64,000 nt of DNA from positions 25,530 through 89,529 of the IMG/VR virus record IMGVR_UViG_3300036770_003326; one strand, 5' to 3'. Below are positions 19,558-27,089 of the stretch, in pieces. The notes under the pieces were generated by a model, which made no database searches, had not been told where the DNA came from, and worked only from the letters and a program-made list of their open reading frames with translations. Source of the stretch: a virus. Position numbers and translations under genes: made by a program. Position 1 is the first letter of the stretch, and every line of letters starts with the position of its first letter.

Positions 19558-20237
19558 TCTCAATGAGTAAAGCTATAAAGTCCTGTATAAAGAGGCCGTG
19601 ATACTGCGTAAACGTACAACAAAGTGAACAACGTAAAGTATTGACAATGAGATACATAGTCATATATGGTGTGGTTACTAACTCATCCTGGGCCGTAAAC
19701 CCTAACGCATAACTATGCGTGATTAGCCTATCATTATATATGTTATGGCTAAATGTATAATAAACAATTGTAGTAATAGAAGATACATCGTTTGTGTTGA
19801 GTATATCTCATGTAAATCTACCTATCTTTAAAAACCCCATGCTGAAATATAAGAACCAGTTGAATGTGGCTTTATTACAATTGTTTATATACTCTCATCC
19901 AATTGCAGGTAATGTGAGACTACCAGAAATGGGGTCCTGCTATAAATGTATCACATACTTCAAGGGTTGCAACCTTGTGAGAGTACAATATTGCAGGACA
20001 CAGCACTTTACAGGTGGGCAGTGTCCAACAAGAACTAATCAATTCTTGTATGGAAAAACTCTGTATTTGGTGAGTTATATTACTGTAAATAGTATAACAA
20101 ATCCAATATTTAAGCTTGATAAGCTACACAGTATATTGTGGTTTGAGTAAAAAGACAATAAGCCCTTTGTGGTGAACAGTATAACAAGGACTCTGAACAA
20201 ACCCTTGTAATCCTACTAATATACTAGTAGGTAGTAA

Positions 20238-20361
20238 TGCACCATTCCTGATTCCCAAGGTCAGGCAGTTGTAAGAACAAGATAGACCTATTTATAGGTA
20301 GAAGAGCTACAGTGATGTGGCAAGAATTAACTCTTAAGTCTTACAACTGAGTGCAGAGGGG
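20238..20361 (+). ncRNA. Candidate structured RNA (three-way junction with possible pseudoknot)
   Basis: Stems TGCAC/GTGCA, CCTGA/TCAGG and CAGTTGTAAGA/TCTTACAACTG, the last enclosing three hairpins; 3' GAGGGG complementary to loop TTCCC. Confidence 0.5.
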
Positions 20362-20406
20362 TATTTAACTTATAGAAACTTTACTTATTTATTTAAACAT
20401 AAACTT

Positions 20407-20631
20407 ATGACAAGAGCAGAAGCACTTAAAAAAACTAGAGAAAAATTTACTAATCTATTAGACGGTAAAGTTCTTCCTAATGCTACTATTACAGAAATTA
20501 TTTTATACTATGAAACATTAGTAGTAAAGAATATTGCACCAATAGTTAAATCAAACTCTGGTATAATAGATAATTTCCGTGAAGCAGAAATTCAACAATA
20601 TCAAGAAGATAACGATGAGTGGTATCATTAA
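20407..20631 (+). CDS. Hypothetical protein
   Basis: 74-aa ORF with AT-rich leader. Confidence 0.55.
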   Translation: MTRAEALKKTREKFTNLLDGKVLPNATITEIILYYETLVVKNIAPIVKSNSGIIDNFREAEIQQYQEDNDEWYH

Positions 20632-20859
20632 AATACCACTCTATTAAAACTATATAACTTATGAAATACTCTAAACTATTTATGTACATTACTATACTAG
20701 GTATAGTATCAGGATTATTATCAGCTTATCTAATGCTAGTAAAAAACAACCCTTCAATAAGTGCTTTACTAGCTACAACATCTTTTACTTTATTATTCAC
20801 AGGATCTATGCTAGACAATAAATCTAAATATAAAAATTAATTTACTAAATCTTATCTAA

Positions 20860-21051
20860 ATGAAAACTTTAATTGAATTTTGTATAGTACTAGTAATCAC
20901 ACTATTAACTTTTGGTATAGCTAGTTACACTAGTTTTAAATTTTCTAATAATCTCTTTATAATACTTTTTATTTCTTTTACAGTATCCTTTATAACTTCT
21001 ATAATATCTACTGAAATAATTATTAACTTAAAATATATAAATCATGATTAG
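20860..21051 (+). CDS. Small membrane protein
   Basis: Two hydrophobic segments. Confidence 0.5.
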   Translation: MKTLIEFCIVLVITLLTFGIASYTSFKFSNNLFIILFISFTVSFITSIISTEIIINLKYINHD

Positions 21052-21301
21052 TACTTTAAATCAAAACTCAACAGCAAAATCAAATGCTAACTTATTATTT
21101 CCTGAGCATATAGAAATCTCAGAGCGTGAGTTTTCTGATTATTATAATGCATTCTTATGCATGGACAGTAAATTTATTAGAGATAACATGTCTGTAATAA
21201 ATGAATCTGTATGGACTTTTAACTTTCATTATACTTTTTTCTGCGTTATACTAAATCCTGGATTATATAACGAAGAACTTTACATGGGTGTAATAAAATA
21301 A
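21044..21301 (+). CDS. Hypothetical protein
   Basis: 85-aa ORF followed by a hairpin. Confidence 0.55.
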   Translation: MISTLNQNSTAKSNANLLFPEHIEISEREFSDYYNAFLCMDSKFIRDNMSVINESVWTFNFHYTFFCVILNPGLYNEELYMGVIK

Positions 21302-21307
21302 GTCAGA

Positions 21308-21333
21308 AGAGCCCTGTAACAAGGGCTCTATTT
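21308..21333 (+). terminator. Intrinsic terminator-like hairpin
   Basis: agagccct / agggctct, then ATTT. Confidence 0.5.
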
Positions 21334-21397
21334 GATTAAGCTATAATAGGCTTAAAATAAATATATATTATATCATTTAATTTATTATATTTATATC

Positions 21398-21646
21398 ATG
21401 TTTGAAACTGTTAATATATTTACAATAAATATTAGTATAACTAAAACTAAGAATATACTATTAATAATATTTGCCGAGAATCTTACATCAATAGATGAAG
21501 TTAAAAGCTTTTATTTCAATAAATACAAACACTTACAAAAAGATCCTGATAAATTTAGTTTTATTCACAAAGGCAAATACTCTACTGACAGTAAGTATTT
21601 TGATCTAGCATGTGAAGGATTAAATTATTCCTGTACATTTTCTTAA
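21398..21646 (+). CDS. Hypothetical protein
   Basis: 82-aa ORF. Confidence 0.45.
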   Translation: MFETVNIFTINISITKTKNILLIIFAENLTSIDEVKSFYFNKYKHLQKDPDKFSFIHKGKYSTDSKYFDLACEGLNYSCTFS

Positions 21647-21651
21647 TCTTT

Positions 21652-21720
21652 GGTTTCTTAGTAAACTATTCTTTTTACTTACAATTTTTAGGATAGTTTA
21701 TTAAGAAACCTTTCTTTTTT
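21652..21720 (+). terminator. Long hairpin plus U-tract
   Basis: 21-bp arms (19/21 complementary) at 21652-21672 and 21690-21710, then TTTCTTTTTT. Confidence 0.65.
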
Positions 21721-21874
21721 ATTTACACGCTAATATTATTCTGCATCGTCGCAAAAAGAATAATGGGCACTGGATATAATATGCTTTAGTTATATCTAGT
21801 ATAGACTTTATAAGTCTGATCTATAAAGCACCTTAATTAATTTAATTTATAAACTTTTAAAAAATTTAAAAATC

Positions 21875-22390
21875 ATGGAAAAAAGAATCATTTTAGAATC
21901 AGCAAAAGGTGTTAAGAATAACAAAGTTCAATTGTGTTTTTCTCAAATAGTAGAAAGCTCTAAAACAAACACTAATGTATTAGGACTATTAAACGCATCT
22001 GATGAGCGTTTTACACAGTCTAAACCTCGTTATGCTTGGGTTACAGCAGAACCTAAAGATGTTAAAGCACAATTTGGTATTGATGTAGATAGTCTTAAAC
22101 AAGGTGATGTATTGGAAATAGGAGCTGTAGATCCAAGAATGGCATCATTCCCAGAAACAGCACTTAACATTCAAATTACCGAGACAACAGAAGGTAGTGA
22201 CTATGATGTACAAAACTTCGAGACTCGTGCTAAGAGAGCAGGTAAAGATGGTGATTTCATTATGAAAGACGGTTTGTATATCTATGTGAATACTACTGTT
22301 GTACCAGGTGAGCCTAAGCATGTTATCATTACTGATACTGAACGAGTATCTGCTAATGGATCTTCTTTGGCAAACTCTTTAGGAGTATAA
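21875..22390 (+). CDS. Hypothetical protein (likely highly expressed; possible ssDNA-binding)
   Basis: 171 aa, beta-rich, with its own terminator. Confidence 0.6.
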   Translation: MEKRIILESAKGVKNNKVQLCFSQIVESSKTNTNVLGLLNASDERFTQSKPRYAWVTAEPKDVKAQFGIDVDSLKQGDVLEIGAVDPRMASFPETALNIQITETTEGSDYDVQNFETRAKRAGKDGDFIMKDGLYIYVNTTVVPGEPKHVIITDTERVSANGSSLANSLGV

Positions 22391-22400
22391 TCTAACTATA

Positions 22401-22432
22401 AAACCAGGGTAAGTTGATTCTTGCCCTGGTTT
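22401..22432 (+). terminator. Terminator hairpin
   Basis: aaaccagggtaag / cttgccctggttt. Confidence 0.65.
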
Positions 22433-22462
22433 CTAATTATCTAACCTTTAAATCAGAATAAA

Positions 22463-22729
22463 ATGGAACAGAAACAGACAGCAGTAGAATGGTTGGTCCA
22501 ACAACTAAGAAATGGTAAGGAATTTAATGATGAATTAATCCAACAAGCCAAAGCAATGGAGAAAGAAGAAATAATGTATAGTGAGGAAGAAGTTTTAGAA
22601 ATACTACAAAAATGGTCAATGTATCAAGTTGACATAGAGTTGAATAAATTAAATATAAAAGAACTAAATGATGTGTTGAAAAAAACATTGTCATATAAAG
22701 AATGGTTTGGTCAAATCAAAAAGAAGTAA
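22463..22729 (+). CDS. TAVEWL-family small protein (chimeric C-terminus)
   Basis: QTAVEWL..QAKAMEKEE, then MYSEEEV...WFGQIKKK. Confidence 0.7.
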   Translation: MEQKQTAVEWLVQQLRNGKEFNDELIQQAKAMEKEEIMYSEEEVLEILQKWSMYQVDIELNKLNIKELNDVLKKTLSYKEWFGQIKKK

Positions 22730-22730
22730 T

Positions 22731-22793
22731 ATGGGAAAAGGATTAGACGTAGAAAAGTTTATGAAAGAAAAAGAAACCTTTAAATCAGAATAA
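22731..22793 (+). CDS. 20-aa micro-ORF ending TFKSE
   Basis: MGKGLDVEKFMKEKETFKSE*. Confidence 0.4.
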   Translation: MGKGLDVEKFMKEKETFKSE

Positions 22794-22794
22794 A

Positions 22795-23019
22795 ATGAAA
22801 ACAGCAGTAGAATGGTTGGTTGAAGAAATAAATAAACTAACTGGATTAACGATTCAAATGGATGAGCCAATAATTGAACAAGCTAAAGAAATGGAAAAAG
22901 AGCAGATAAAAAGTGCATTCACACAAGGTGATTTATTTGCAGAAGATTATTTTAACCCTGAAAAATCTAACATCGATTGTTCAGAAAATTACTACAACAA
23001 AACCTTTAAATCAGAATAA
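22795..23019 (+). CDS. TAVEWL-family small protein
   Basis: MKTAVEWL..QAKEMEKEQI..YYNKTFKSE. Confidence 0.75.
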   Translation: MKTAVEWLVEEINKLTGLTIQMDEPIIEQAKEMEKEQIKSAFTQGDLFAEDYFNPEKSNIDCSENYYNKTFKSE

Positions 23020-23107
23020 CGGTTTGCGGCTTTGCAATAGCCGCCAAAGAAGAATTTAATTATTAACCGAGAATTGTCAGGCGGCTATTGCAAAACCGCT
23101 GTTAGCC
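23014..23107 (+). mobile_element. attC-like site 1
   Basis: GAATAAC ... 20-bp arms (19/20) at 23026-45 and 23080-99 ... GTTAGCC. Confidence 0.6.
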
Positions 23108-23134
23108 GCTGGCCTTTCTCACAACTTTAAAACA

Positions 23135-23365
23135 ATGACAGCAAAAGAACAAGCAAGTAGTTTAGTTGAGTATTTTTGGACAGATGTTGAAGAGTTTAAA
23201 CAATACGAAACTATTAAAATGACAAAAGAAATGGCTAAAGATTGTGCCATAAAAGTAGCTGAAGAAGCTAAAATAGAAATAGGAAATTTTGATAGAACTG
23301 ATGGATTTGTCAAAACTCGTGAAGATTTTTGGGATGCTGTCATTGTCGAAATACGGTCTATGTAG
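23135..23365 (+). CDS. MTAKE-family small protein inside cassette 1
   Basis: Paralog of 25584..25793 (AKDCAIKVAEE / AKQCALVAVNE; FW..V..EI). Confidence 0.7.
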   Translation: MTAKEQASSLVEYFWTDVEEFKQYETIKMTKEMAKDCAIKVAEEAKIEIGNFDRTDGFVKTREDFWDAVIVEIRSM

Positions 23366-23371
23366 GCTTGC

Positions 23372-23494
23372 GGCTAACGTTCCGAGTATTTGCGTAGTGC
23401 CTATACTGAACTATATTGTAAAATACAAAACTTAAAAATATGCAGAAAAGATTATTAGAATTACGAAAGGCATTACGCAAATACTGTGTTATGT
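23372..23494 (+). mobile_element. attC-like site 2
   Basis: GGCTAAC ... 18-bp arms (17/18) at 23385-402 and 23468-85 ... GTTATGT. Confidence 0.65.
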
Positions 23495-23512
23495 GCCGTT
23501 TTTATTCAGATT

Positions 23513-23854
23513 ATGACAACGAAAGAGAAGATAATAAATCAAAGCATTGAGCAAGTTGAAAAGCAACTCAAAGAAATCAATTTGATACTTGAAGCTAATC
23601 CTTTAAGCGAGATATGTAAAATTAGACAAGAAGCACAAAAATTGCTCGATGAAAACAAAACTGTTGAGCAAAGAACGAGTGATGATTTTATTGCTAAAAT
23701 AGAAGCATTGTCTAAACGTGAAAAAGAGCAATTTGCATTAGCTGAAAAAGGCAAGGATAGTATAAAATTGATTGACGAAAAAGTCAAATTAGAGTTTGAG
23801 TTGTCAGACTTGCGAAATGAACTGTATCATATTGAACGTAGGCGCGTGTCTTAA
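23513..23854 (+). CDS. Coiled-coil protein inside cassette 2
   Basis: Start moved to ATG 23513 (MTTKEK) because the track start lies inside the attC-like site. Confidence 0.65.
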   Translation: MTTKEKIINQSIEQVEKQLKEINLILEANPLSEICKIRQEAQKLLDENKTVEQRTSDDFIAKIEALSKREKEQFALAEKGKDSIKLIDEKVKLEFELSDLRNELYHIERRRVS

Positions 23855-23860
23855 AATGGC

Positions 23861-23911
23861 ACATAACACCAAAGCAGGTGAAGTTTTAATTTCACTTGCT
23901 GACTGTTATCC
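23861..23911 (+). mobile_element. attC-like site 3 (short)
   Basis: ACATAAC ... agcaggtgaagtt / aatttcacttgct ... GTTATCC. Confidence 0.55.
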
Positions 23912-23955
23912 GCAGTTTTAATTGCGAAAGTTATTAACCTTTAAATCAGAATAAA

Positions 23956-24177
23956 ATGAAACAGACAGCCGTAGAATGGTTAGTTGAAAAATTTTCAACT
24001 CAAGGAACATTACATAGTTCAGATATATCACAAGCCAAAGCAATGGAGAAGGAGCAGATAATGGATGCAAGAGAAGATGGTCATTTATCTACATATGCAG
24101 AATATGGTTCAACTCCTAAATGTTACTTAGACGGAGGACATGAACAATACTACAACGAAACATTTAAATCAGAATAA
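23956..24177 (+). CDS. TAVEWL-family small protein
   Basis: MKQTAVEWL..QAKAMEKEQI..EQYYNETFKSE. Confidence 0.75.
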   Translation: MKQTAVEWLVEKFSTQGTLHSSDISQAKAMEKEQIMDAREDGHLSTYAEYGSTPKCYLDGGHEQYYNETFKSE

Positions 24178-24178
24178 G

Positions 24179-24376
24179 ATGGAACTATTTAAAAGTAAAT
24201 GGGGTCAATGGACAGACCTATCAACTACGGGGTATATGGGGTATAAATATTTACTTCAAGCAAGAAGGCATAAAGACGGAAGAATACAATACAGAGTAGA
24301 AAAAAGTAAGGATTGCTATACTTGCAACATTCCAACACTTGAACAATTAGAAAAAGTAACCTTTAAATCAGAATAA
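24179..24376 (+). CDS. Array hypothetical protein ending TFKSE
   Basis: Start placed at the repeat ATG 24179. Confidence 0.65.
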   Translation: MELFKSKWGQWTDLSTTGYMGYKYLLQARRHKDGRIQYRVEKSKDCYTCNIPTLEQLEKVTFKSE

Positions 24377-24377
24377 G

Positions 24378-24563
24378 ATGAAAACAATAAATGACTTTAT
24401 TAAAGAACTTCAAATGATTAGTGAAGAAAAAAGAAAATTACCATTGGTTGTTCAATGTCCAAATGGGGAAATAACATCACCAACAATTAAGATGATGTGG
24501 GATGAACCATTAATGATGTTTGAAAAAGAACCTGATAAAATGATTATTAGTTGGAGAGATTAA
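24378..24563 (+). CDS. Array hypothetical protein
   Basis: Runs from a repeat ATG to a stop overlapping the next repeat. Confidence 0.65.
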   Translation: MKTINDFIKELQMISEEKRKLPLVVQCPNGEITSPTIKMMWDEPLMMFEKEPDKMIISWRD

Positions 24564-24581
24564 CCTTTAAATCAGAATAGA

Positions 24582-24980
24582 ATGATAATACAAACAAGAA
24601 GGACTTATGATTTTATTGAAATAAAAGTTGATGAAATTAAAACTACAATTTTTAAAAGTGACATTAAGGAAATAAATGACACAATTGAAAATTTATTACA
24701 AGTAGTTGATGAATTAAAAACACTAAAAGAAAGACAAAAAAACAGAACTATGAAACAAACAGCAGTAGAATGGTTGGTTAACGAACTTAAAAACAATCAC
24801 GGTATAGATTTAAAATTATACAATGAGTTTGACAAAGCCAAAGAAATGGAGAAAAAGCAGAGAAAAAAAGACTTTGTTAATGGCTATAAATCAAGAGCCA
24901 AAGAAAGCAATTTAATTTTTGATGAAACCTCTGAAATGTATGCAATTAAATTATTTAACGAAACCTTTAAATCAGAATAG
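24582..24980 (+). CDS. Fusion of an unrelated ORF with a TAVEWL-family unit
   Basis: Internal MKQTAVEWL at ATG 24750. Confidence 0.65.
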   Translation: MIIQTRRTYDFIEIKVDEIKTTIFKSDIKEINDTIENLLQVVDELKTLKERQKNRTMKQTAVEWLVNELKNNHGIDLKLYNEFDKAKEMEKKQRKKDFVNGYKSRAKESNLIFDETSEMYAIKLFNETFKSE

Positions 24981-24981
24981 A

Positions 24982-25368
24982 ATGAAAGCAAATGAATTAA
25001 GAATAGGAAATTATGTTTATGATACTTTAGGTAAAGTAAATACCTATATTGTAAAAGAACCACATAATCAAGTTAAACCAATCCCGCTAACAGAAGAATG
25101 GTTGTTGAAGTTTGGATTTAAAAAATACCCTGACATTAGAGATACATTTCAACAAGTATATTATGATTCCTATCAACTTGAAATTGATAGATTTACTATT
25201 ATTTCATTTTCTATCCAACAAAACAATAAAAATTTGATTAAGTGTAATTATGATAGAGGTTATAGGTCAGAAGATAATAAAAAAAATTATTACATCAAAT
25301 ATCTTCATCAACTTCAAAACCTATACTTTGCACTTACAGGAGAAGAATTAACCTTTAAATCAGAATAG
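24982..25368 (+). CDS. YopX-like phage protein ending TFKSE
   Basis: MKANELRIGN...PIPLTEEWLLKFGF...HQLQNLYFALTGEEL; start at repeat ATG 24982. Confidence 0.65.
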   Translation: MKANELRIGNYVYDTLGKVNTYIVKEPHNQVKPIPLTEEWLLKFGFKKYPDIRDTFQQVYYDSYQLEIDRFTIISFSIQQNNKNLIKCNYDRGYRSEDNKKNYYIKYLHQLQNLYFALTGEELTFKSE

Positions 25369-25369
25369 A

Positions 25370-25582
25370 ATGAAAACAATAACAAAATCAGTAATTAAGT
25401 TGTCGGATATTCCACAGCATTTACAACAAAATGTAGCATTACAAGGACATAAAATACATACTTATGCAGAGTTTCACATTGATAATTCAGAACAAGATGA
25501 TTTAACATTGTGGCTATTAAATAAACATCCTACATTAAAAAGGAAAATAAGTTTTTTAATTCATATTGATAAATCAGAATAG
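25370..25582 (+). CDS. Array hypothetical protein ending KSE
   Basis: Bounded by junction repeats. Confidence 0.65.
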   Translation: MKTITKSVIKLSDIPQHLQQNVALQGHKIHTYAEFHIDNSEQDDLTLWLLNKHPTLKRKISFLIHIDKSE

Positions 25583-25583
25583 A

Positions 25584-25793
25584 ATGACAGCAAAAGAAAA
25601 AGCAAATAGATTGTGCATTGATTTTTTAATGAACATTGATACAGATGATTGTGATTTTGGAATGAATAAAGAAATGGCAAAACAATGTGCATTGGTTGCA
25701 GTGAATGAAATACTTGAAAGTTTTATAATAACTATCCCTAAACATCAAACTGAGTTTTGGGAGCAAGTTAAACAAGAAATAATTAACCTTTAA
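25584..25793 (+). CDS. MTAKE-family small protein
   Basis: Start at repeat ATG 25584; paralog of 23135..23365. Confidence 0.7.
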   Translation: MTAKEKANRLCIDFLMNIDTDDCDFGMNKEMAKQCALVAVNEILESFIITIPKHQTEFWEQVKQEIINL

Positions 25794-25804
25794 ATTAGAA
25801 TAAG

Positions 25805-26047
25805 ATGACAGCAGTAGAAGAATTAATACATTTTATTAAAAATGATAGAATGCAAAGTACATACACAAAAGAACAAATATTGGAACTACTTAAATTTAAG
25901 TTAGAAAAAGAGAAAGAGCAGATGATTGAATTTGCTAAGTACACAGAATTTATTGATACAGATAAAAGTGATATGAACAAAGTAATAGACTTTTACTTAA
26001 CACTTGACGGAGAAGAATTTGTTGAAGAAACCTTTAAATCAGAATAA
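25805..26047 (+). CDS. Divergent TAVE-family protein ending TFKSE
   Basis: MTAVEEL...EKEKEQM...ETFKSE. Confidence 0.7.
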   Translation: MTAVEELIHFIKNDRMQSTYTKEQILELLKFKLEKEKEQMIEFAKYTEFIDTDKSDMNKVIDFYLTLDGEEFVEETFKSE

Positions 26048-26048
26048 G

Positions 26049-26250
26049 ATGGAAAACAGCAGTAGAATGGTTTCAAGAACAGTTTAATAAGTATTATGCT
26101 TTTTCAAAGGAAGAAATGCAAACATTTGATTGGATGTTTAACAAAGCCAAAGAAATGGAGAAAGAGCAGATAATAGATGCTTGTAAACAATGTTCTTATA
26201 GTTATGAAGAAGCAGAACAATACTACAACGAAACCTTTAAATCAGAATAA
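26049..26250 (+). pseudogene. Frameshifted TAVEWL-family unit
   Basis: ATG-G-AAAACAGCAGTAGAATGG has one extra G relative to the 22795 copy; the shifted frame reads KTAVEWF..KAKEMEKEQI..EQYYNETFKSE*. Confidence 0.7.
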
Positions 26251-26251
26251 G

Positions 26252-26329
26252 ATGATGATTGCAATTGTATTTTTCTTAATAGGAATAGTTGTTGGACTTA
26301 TAATGGGTTACAACATAATGAAAAAATAA
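26252..26329 (+). CDS. 25-aa single-TM micro-protein
   Basis: MMIAIVFFLIGIVVGLIMGYNIMKK*, exactly between two repeats. Confidence 0.55.
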   Translation: MMIAIVFFLIGIVVGLIMGYNIMKK

Positions 26330-26401
26330 TTAAATCAGAATAAGATGAAAGTAACATATAAATTTTCTTATTATACTTTAAACGCTTTAAACTAAAATAA
26401 A

Positions 26402-26596
26402 ATGAAACAATTTCTTTTATATACACTCTCCTGGATAAGCCAAAACTTGGCTGTACCATTTTGGGTAGTAGGACACGTTCATTTGAGTATTAATGTATAT
26501 GAAGATATTTACGAACTGCTAGCGTCATTTGGCATGAACGCAATTGTCCTAGCAGGATTTATTTACGATTATTTAAAACAAATAAAAAAATTATAG
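26402..26596 (+). CDS. Small membrane protein
   Basis: Hydrophobic 64-aa ORF. Confidence 0.55.
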   Translation: MKQFLLYTLSWISQNLAVPFWVVGHVHLSINVYEDIYELLASFGMNAIVLAGFIYDYLKQIKKL

Positions 26597-26736
26597 CATA
26601 TGAAATATGAATTTAGAATAATAAAATGGGATACACATTTTATGTTAATACCCACAATAGCAATAGTAAGAGAAGAAAATGGTGGTATAGGGATATCTTT
26701 AGTATGGTTTAATAGGGCAATAGAATTTATTGTGGG

Positions 26737-26976
26737 ATGACAGAAGAATTTGTAAATAGAGCCATTGATAAATTATTTATTATAAATAATAATTCTTTAG
26801 TCATACAAGAATTTAGTATTTATTTAGAATATAAGACTTGGTTTATAAAAACCCTTAAAAAACATAATAGTACTTATACTAAAAGAGATTTACTAAGAAT
26901 TTGGAGTGAATTTGAAGAAAAATATATTATAATCCTTAAAATTAAAAATCATGAATATACCTATGAACAAGAATAG
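26737..26976 (+). CDS. Hypothetical protein
   Basis: 79-aa ORF. Confidence 0.45.
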   Translation: MTEEFVNRAIDKLFIINNNSLVIQEFSIYLEYKTWFIKTLKKHNSTYTKRDLLRIWSEFEEKYIIILKIKNHEYTYEQE

Positions 26977-27089
26977 TTCCCCTAAAACCTTACCTGAAAT
27001 AATATCCTATTGGAAAGGATTTAAAGGGAATAGTTTTAATATTGATTTATACATAAAAATATGCTTGGCTAAAGCTAAATTAATAAATC

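Larger units (their letters stand above)
22443..26347 (+). repeat. Array of 14 junction repeats AACCTTTAAATCAGAATA(A/G)(A/G)ATG separating small ORFs
   Basis: Copies at ~22443, 22775, 23001, 23936, 24159, 24358, 24562, 24962, 25350, 25570 (partial), 25785, 26029, 26232, 26330 (partial). Confidence 0.92.

Noticed and set aside
19381-19601. Alternate-frame ORFs 19381..19563(-) and 19386..19601(+)
   Set aside because: By-products of locally high GC overlapping the better ORF 19288..19536.
19794-20150. 118-aa ORF
   Set aside because: Non-ATG start, atypical composition and overlap with extensive predicted RNA structure; probably spurious.
19540-21870. tRNA genes in intergenic regions
   Set aside because: No cloverleaf with a GTTC(G/A)A T-loop found by eye; tRNAscan-SE would confirm.
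22443-26347. CRISPR array interpretation of the 23-bp repeats
   Set aside because: Spacers are ~70-900 bp, variable and protein-coding; the repeat is not palindromic; no cas genes are present.
22443-26347. Diversity-generating retroelement as the source of paralog variation
   Set aside because: No reverse transcriptase in the window, and the differences are whole unrelated segments rather than adenine-specific substitutions.
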